NCBI GenBank assembly: GCA_964016885.1 | Contig: OZ024740.1 | Span: forward strand, 157,666,001-157,730,000 | Direction of reading: 5' to 3' | Source: Eledone cirrhosa | Taxonomy: Eukaryota | DNA: 64,000 nucleotides | Shown here: piece after piece, positions 57,301-64,000 of the stretch | Layout of the letters: the number at the start of each line of letters is the position of its first letter | Position numbering within the stretch: position 1 is the stretch's first letter | Position numbers and translations under genes: made by a program | The notes under the pieces: generated by a model | Told to the model about the DNA's origin: nothing | What the model saw: the letters and a program-made list of their open reading frames with translations, nothing else | Databases searched by the model: none

Positions 57301-58930
57301 AATACAAAGAGGTCCTTTCCGATGACTACATACACCAAGGACAACTGCTACTCCCTCATTCCGACGTACGACTCAGCGACGAATTCTTCAACAAAGCTCT
57401 CATTGACATCGAGGACAAAATCCTAACTGCCGACAGAAATGACCTTCCATTCTATGGACTGCCAAAAGTTAAGCGAACGGGCTCCGACAAACTTCCGACG
57501 GGAATAATTCAGGAAACTGCCTACGACGTCCACGCACTCGAACTGTTCATCAACAAAAACGAGCCGAAATGGTTGCAGGACCAACGGCGGGCGTATGACA
57601 TAGTTTGCACTTCCATTCGTCAACGCAGAGGAGGTATCTTCTTTTTGGACGCCCCAGGAGGAACTGGTAAAACATTCGTCCATAAAACCCTCCTCGCCAA
57701 AGTGCGACAGCAGAAAGGAATCGCCCTGGCTGTGGCTTCTGGCATTGCCGTAACTCTGTTGACCGGATGTGGGACAGCTCATTCCGCATTTAAACTGCCA
57801 TTAAACACGACTTCAGACGACACAATAACCTGCAACATCACCAAGGACTCTGACAAAGCTGAAGTCTTGAAAAGATGCCACCTAATTGTGTTGTTCGAAT
57901 GCACAATGGCCCATAAAGGGTCTCTTGAGGCGTTAGACAGGACCCTACGAGACATCAGGGAATGCAACCGGCCGATGGGAGGAGTACCTCTACTGCTGTC
58001 TGGCGATTTTCGACAAACTCTTCTTGTTGTTCCAAAAGCCACCAGGGCCGACACTGTGGGGCTTGCATTAAGTCATCTCCCCTGTGGCAGGAAGAGACAA
58101 TCCTGACCCTCACAACAAACATGAGAGCCCAACTGCTCGGCGACCACTCAGCAGCCGACTTCTCAAAGGACCTCTTAACAGTTGGTGACGGCACTGCAAC
58201 TTCAGATGCAGCTGGAGAAATGACAGTCTCGCAAGTAGGCACTGTTGTCGACACTGTTGACGACCTCACAGCCTCTGTCTTTCCCGATATGGCGACCAAC
58301 TACAAAAACACGAGTTGGCTGTGCGATAGAGCCATATTGGCTCCCCAAAATGTCTCAGTTGCAAAACTCAACGAGGACCTTCTGCAACACATTCCTGGAA
58401 ACCTCCGTACCTACAAATCTGTGGATAAAGTTGTGGACAAAGATGAGGTTGACGATTTTCCAACAGAATTCCTCAGTTCCTTGGACCTCTCTGGACTGCC
58501 ACCTCATGAACTGCGCGTCAAAGTTGGGACTCCAGTCATGCTGTTGAGGAACCTGGAACCACCACGTCTCTGCAATGGAACACGGTTAGTGGTAAGAAAC
58601 CTCCTGCCGCATGTAATTGAGGCCACAATTCTCACGGGCTGCGGCGCTGGAGAAAACGTCTTCATACCCAGAATACCATTAACTCCATCAGGTATGGAAT
58701 GCCCCTGTACTCTGCGCCGACTTCAATTCCCAGTTAAACTTTGCTTCGCGATGTCAATCAACAAGTCCCAAGGCCAAACGCTATCAATGGCAGGCCTGCA
58801 TTTAGCCCAGCCGTGCTTCTCACACGGCCAATTATACGTCGCATGCTCAAGAGTGGGATGCAAGCAGAACTTATTCATACTTGCGCCCAAAGGCAGAACA
58901 AAAAATGTGGTCTACATAGAGGTGTGGTGA
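54371..58930 (+). pseudogene. Helitron RepHel (zinc finger, HUH Rep, PIF1-family SF1 helicase), disrupted
   Basis: CQYCRAKKW..CC zinc finger; Rep motifs PDLFITSTCNPKW, VEWQKRGLPHAHLL, YVCKYINK; helicase DAPGGTGKT, GDFRQ, RNL..LCNGTRL, QFPVKLCFAMSINKSQGQT, HGQLYVACSRV. Stops at ~55076 and ~57123, frameshifts near 55140, 56750 and 58060; Walker B reads FEC instead of DEC. Confidence 0.95.
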
Positions 58931-59111
58931 CTCCTCTATTCAGCACCACTGCAGTTTTGCCGGTCTGACATATACTGAGTAGATGCTATTGTTGTATATT
59001 TTCAAACTTACCCGTATTTACTTTCAATGCCTCAGTATTCATAATTGAGTGGAATCATTAAAAGTACTTTAAAGCAATTAAACTCCGAGCAGCGTCGGGC
59101 ACTTCTGCTAG

Positions 59112-60154
59112 TTATATATATAAAGTTGTAGTTCCTGTCTGTTTGTTCACGAACTCCTCCTATGGTTTTGGAGATAGACCCCCATAACTATATATATATT
59201 CTGAAACTACATTGCCCAGGGTACTTGGATAAGTATATTCCATTTTAATGAAAGGATTCCTCGGGGGCACAAACCCCAGCTGAAAACCCCCGCTGAAAAT
59301 GTTTTCGCTTCGATTTATATAAAATTTAAACCATAGGTAAATGACAAGATATGATGCTTATTCACAAAATTTCAGCTAATTTTAATAATATTAAGATACC
59401 CTAATGGGGGTTAAACCCCTATAGTGAAAATTTTGGTCAATAAATGGAACAAGATGTGTTGTAACAAGATTGCATGAGAACTTAATTGAAGCAACTATTA
59501 TATTCGGGGCTTACAAAGGTCAAGCTCTTCTCATTCCGAGGATTCCACTTATACCAAGTGATAGTGAGTTGCCTTTTACATTTAAGAGGCTGCAGTTCCC
59601 AGTGAGGCCATGCTTTGCCATGAGCATCAATAAGAGTCAAGGTCAAACTTTCAAAACTATTGGTATAGATCTGACAAACCCATGTTTCAGTCATGGCATG
59701 TTTTATGTGGCTGTTCCAAGGAGTGGAACTTCAAAAAATTTTAGCCAATCAAAGAAAGACAAGAAATGTTGTTTACCCAGAAGTTCTTCATTGGGATAAA
59801 ATATGAAATATATTTTCATGTATTTATTATGTTAAAAAATAAATAATTAAACTTTGAATTTCTAATTTGAAAAAAATGCTTTAATTCAAAAATGAAATGT
59901 TAAAGTTTTGAATTGATATTTTAAAAAAAATTATTTACAAGAAACAAAATGAGAATAAGATTTAACAATGTAATTTTGATTTGATATATTACAAAAAATA
60001 ATGTTTTCCAATTTTTCATGCATTACATTTTACATTGAGTAATATTGAAATGCAGAGTTTTTCTCCATAAATTATATCACTGATTTAAAATCAATCATCA
60101 TTTTCTTACAAAAAAAATGTGTGAAACGCAGCAAGGCGCGGGTAATTCGGCTAG
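59112..60154 (+). mobile_element. Second internally deleted Helitron family with PIF1 C-terminal fragment (59440-59799)
   Basis: NGTR..V..LHENLIEATI..IPRIPL..QFPVRPCFAMSINKSQGQT..FSHGMFYVA; 3' hairpin (acgc..gcgg) and CTAG|T at 60151-60154. Confidence 0.88.
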
Positions 60155-60233
60155 TACACACACACACACACATATATATATATAACAAAAAAACAAAGAA
60201 GGTGTGGTAAGATACCAGGTAGACCATAACAAA

Positions 60234-60384
<151 letters not shown>

Positions 60385-60491
60385 GTAATAATAAAGTTGA
60401 AGACTAAAATCCAAAGAGGACTAGATAAGGATAAATATATATCAAATATATAAGAACCGTAGAGCAAATATTTATTAAAATAACAGATTAA

Positions 60492-60542
60492 AGTTTAAGC
60501 AAAGAATCGCTGCTTTCACCCTTAACGGGATCTTCTGAAACT
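60492..60542 (-). ncRNA. Hammerhead ribozyme with U4A-variant core; inverted partial copy at 60931-60978
   Basis: Minus strand reads agttt-CAGAAGA-t-CCC-gttaa-GGG-t-GAAA-GCA..TGC-TT-aaact. Confidence 0.7.
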
Positions 60543-60629
60543 AAAAAAGTCAATCTGTGAACGCAGAAGTAAATATTTCAAAAAACGTTGCAACCGAAGG
60601 AAGACAGGAAGACGATACTTTGGTTCGTG

Positions 60630-60884
60630 GAAACGTTCCCTGGCAAAGAACGAAAAAAAACGAAGATAATACGTCATTATTTGGAGCGGTGAACACTATT
60701 ACGCGTTTATGGTATAAATGAAGTCGTAGGCTAATATTCTATTGGGAGGTTCATGAAGACGCTCTCTGGCAATGAACGGGAAAAACGAAGAAAGTACGTC
60801 ATTATGTGGAGCGGGGAGAACAATTATACGCAAAGACAAAACCACGTAAATGGTATAACTGAAGTCGTAGACTAAAATTCTATT
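60630..60884. repeat. ~125-bp diverged direct repeat, 2 copies
   Basis: ctggcaa.gaacg..aaaacgaaga.a.tacgtcattat.tggagcgg..tggtataa.tgaagtcgtag occurs twice. Confidence 0.8.
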
Positions 60885-60969
60885 TAGGAAACCGAATGAT
60901 TCTCGGCTTCAGAGTTAAGAATAAAGTAAAAGGGTGAAAGCAGCGATTCTTTGCTTAGACTTTAATCTG

Positions 60970-61002
<33 letters not shown>

Positions 61003-61042
61003 CATACAACGACATATATCCATACATACACATATGCATACC

Positions 61043-61074
<32 letters not shown>

Positions 61075-61139
61075 AAAACGAATCGAACATTATTATTAAT
61101 GTTTGATATAATACATACGTACATATGTATATGTATATA

Positions 61140-61178
<39 letters not shown>

Positions 61179-61382
61179 TTCGTTTCTGAATTTGTTTAGC
61201 AAGATTCTTTATCTGAAAACGTGTGTTGAAACCGATATTGTTATACTTTGGGAGGGTCATGTTGTCAATAAGAAACACACGCACCAGTTGCTTTCACTTC
61301 AATTTATTATAAATTAAATTTAGAAATTTAGAAATTTCCGGTTGGTTGGTTGGTTCCACAACCAGACGATTGTTCATATATT

Positions 61383-61425
61383 GTCAAAGTTCTTTCGTCA
61401 CAAATTCTGTGAACTCTTCAGTGAC
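61383..61425 (-). ncRNA. Type I hammerhead ribozyme in PLE module 61237-61640
   Basis: Minus strand reads GTCA-CTGAAGA-gt-TCACA-gaatt-TGTGA-c-GAAA-gaac-TT-TGAC. Confidence 0.8.
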
Positions 61426-61773
61426 TGGGGATTCTTTTCTTTGTTTTTGTGCCTCTCCTTTGTTCTGTCCTACGCCATCTTGTGTTTGTGTGTGTTGTGT
61501 GCTTAGTTTGCGCATGTGTTACATCCGGGTGTCTGTGTGTGTTTATATTTGTTTATTTATTTGTTTATTTACATGTTACTGGTTGGTTGTTTGTTCTATG
61601 TGTGTGTGTGTGTTTTCATTTTGTCCTTAATTGTAAGTTGCGATGTTGCTATTCCATTTATGCTTTCTATTTAATTTGGTTGGAGTTCATTTATGTTTAT
61701 TGCCTCTGTAATATACCATGATATTAAATAAATGGAAACTATATTTATAAAACCATATTTATTTTATTTTATT

Positions 61774-61838
61774 TATTTTATCATATATATTTCAAGGGCA
61801 ACCAAGCCAACCTTGGTGCGCTTTCATCAGATGAAATA
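61774..61838 (-). ncRNA. Hammerhead ribozyme (family of 6873), cleavage nucleotide mutated to G
   Basis: Minus strand reads tatttcat-CTGATGA-aagcgcaccaag..cttggttgccctt-GAAA-tatata-TG-ataaaata. Confidence 0.75.
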
Positions 61839-61879
61839 CGAAATTTGTATCCAGTGAATTTCCGACCGATAAGGTTGAA

Positions 61880-62200
61880 TCTTCATAGGGTCACCTGCCG
61901 TATTGTTTTGTCCGTAAAATCAGTTCAGCTATTCTTTCCTGAAACATTCTAATAACGAATTATTGGAGCTGTGATCTCTGAATTCGGAGAAGTAACGGCT
62001 CTCCCTTGCGTGACACTTTGATCTCCGAGCTCCGCATTCTATCGAGTAACGTTAGTCCAAAAACCCTTCGGAGGAACCCCATTTCGACCGCTGTCTATTC
62101 TCCATCGTATTTTTCCTGTCATTACCCAAGATTCAGGATCACAGGTACGGGCTGGCACGAATATCGAATTGAAGATAGCGAATGTGGCTTTTACACCTTC
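61880..62200 (-). mobile_element. RTE-clade LINE 3' fragment
   Basis: FAIFNSIFVPA.TC.PESWVMT.KIR..I..(AVEMGFLRRV)..EPLLLRIQRSQL. Confidence 0.75.
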
Positions 62201-63786
62201 CCTACTTTTGACTACCGAATCCATAATAATCAGGACTGTCAAAGAGGTAAATGACAACTGGAACTTCAGAAAGTAGAAAGACAAATCGACTTAGGTCCAA
62301 TTTTAAATCAGAATGTAAAATGACTAACACATTGGAAGAAATGAATTACACATTGGAAAATGTATCCCAGATAAAAAAGTACGTTTGATGTGGATTGAAT
62401 ATCTTTGATCATAGCTCTGCTGGATCAGTCTGACCTGGAGCTAAACAAAAATAGAACAGTAATTTAAATAAAACCTACACAGAAATTTCTCACTGGCTTA
62501 ACTACACAGTTTTTTCAATGGTAATTGTCAGCAAAGATGTATCGTTAGAGCATCGGATAGAATGTCTTGTAGTATTCGTTCCAGCTTTCCGCCCTCTGAT
62601 TTCAAATTCCACCAAAGTCACATTTTACCTATCATCATTTCGGGTTTAATAAATAAGGTGCCAGCCAGTTCAGAGCGCCGAGTGGCGAATTTATTGTAGT
62701 ATCAAATTAGACTCTTTTCTGTTCCGAGTTTAAATTCCTCTTAGATATCAATCACCCGAATACGGGAGTACTCCGTCCATCCAGCAATTGTTCAGACAGC
62801 AGCAGTAGAGAAAAAACCGGCCAAATGGAATAAAAATGTGTTACCATTGAGTAAACGAGAATTACATGCTATTGTTTTAGACTAAATAAATCGGAGGATA
62901 CATTTTATAATATAGTACATTACGATTCTGTTTAAATATATGATATGGTAATGTCCGGAGTTATTTTCATCATAGATCTGTTTAATTAGGGTTGAGATCG
63001 GAGGATAAAGAGTGACAATAATCTTAACATCGGCTAATGATTATTTTATACCTAATCTAATTGTTATTGTTAGTGTTGGTAATAGCACGTATATCTTAGC
63101 CTAGTCGCATAAGAACAAATCAACTCCAACCAACTGACAAACAAAGCACTATGTAGGTGTTGTGTGTTGTTAAACTTCGAGTCAGCTCTAATCGAGGCCT
63201 GTAATAAAAAAAATGATCTCCATGTAACCATATTCATATTTTCCGCCATAGTGTGTCTATAACTATATTATATAATATGCTTTTCCCTTCTATTTTTAAA
63301 GCAACACAATGTGGGTGACTTTGTAGAGGATCACTGGTTAGCTTGCCTAGCCTCAGATCGAGCAAACGAAGAAAGGTTATGTAGGGGCTAATTCTATATA
63401 GCAGCTGGGAAACATGTTTTGAGTGACAAAATTGGTGAAGTACCGGGGAAAATGCCTTTCGGTATTTACTTGCGCCTTTTTTGGTTCTGTTTCTAAATCG
63501 CGCCATAACATCTTTCTGTTTCATCTTCCACTGGTCGATTGAACAAATTTCAGTCAAAAAGAGGAAGTTAAAATGATCGACTAATCCATCACACCCTCAC
63601 AAAAAATTGGGTGAATTTTCTCACTGTGTAATAAGTTGATTTCTAACATGGACACAAGTTATGAAATACGGGGAACAAGTATAGCTAATTAAATCGACTC
63701 CAGTCCTTCAAAAAAATAAAAAACAAAGCTGGGTTCGGACAGTTTTGACTTCAGATGATAAAGAACTGTAAATAATTATTATTATT

Positions 63787-63973
63787 GTGAATTGGCAGTA
63801 ACGGTAGAGGGTCGGATGCCATGCTTTGCAGCATAGAGTTACGGCCCTTTATGATCTGAGTTCAAATCCCGCCGAGGTTAACTTTGCCTTTCATCCTTAC
63901 GGGGTCGATAAAATAAAGTACCAGTAATACACTGGGGTAATTGCTGGCCTGGTGGCAAAAGTAGAAACAATTA
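63787..63973 (+). mobile_element. SINE family A
   Basis: Full-length match with B-box GAGTTCAAATCCC. Confidence 0.87.
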
Positions 63974-64000
63974 ATATTACATTGCGGATGGATTGGTAGA

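Larger units (their letters stand above)
53236..59111 (+). mobile_element. Full-length Helitron (rolling-circle transposon)
   Basis: A|TC start (TCTCTATATATATAAAACGG), Rep/helicase coding region, 3' hairpin ccga-gcagcg-tcgg about 10 nt before CTAG|T at 59108-59111. Confidence 0.93.

Noticed and set aside
57198-58930. Host PIF1 helicase gene
   Set aside because: It is fused to a HUH Rep domain, intronless, disrupted and bounded by Helitron termini.
63234-63557. 107-aa non-repetitive minus-strand ORF
   Set aside because: No recognisable motif, and its 3' part overlaps a common dispersed repeat; unsupported as a gene.

Overview
This is AT-rich, microsatellite-saturated eukaryotic DNA ((TA)n, (TG)n, (TATG)n, (GA)n). 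The SINE and repeat content resembles an octopod cephalopod genome (inference). No host protein-coding exon can be supported, and nearly all ORFs in the supplied track are microsatellite artefacts. The window is a mosaic of mobile elements. It holds a full-length but disrupted Helitron (Rep/PIF1 helicase, ~53.2-59.1 kb) flanked by two internally deleted Helitrons, an R4/Dong-type RLE LINE 3' half, Tx1/L1, RTE, CR1-like and Tc1/mariner fragments, tRNA-derived SINEs, and many Penelope-like element (PLE) remnants with GIY-YIG ends. The most striking signal is non-coding. By eye I find about 20 hammerhead-ribozyme (HHR) cores (CUGANGA-stem II-GAAA-stem III-UH), some degenerate, plus about 9 half-cores, from many distinct families on both strands. 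Most sit in short pseudo-LTR modules inserted in (TA)n. These modules are often flanked by an inverted partial copy that breaks inside the ribozyme core, and several share a terminal YACTC..GAGTR hairpin. All calls are from manual reading and translation, with no database searches.
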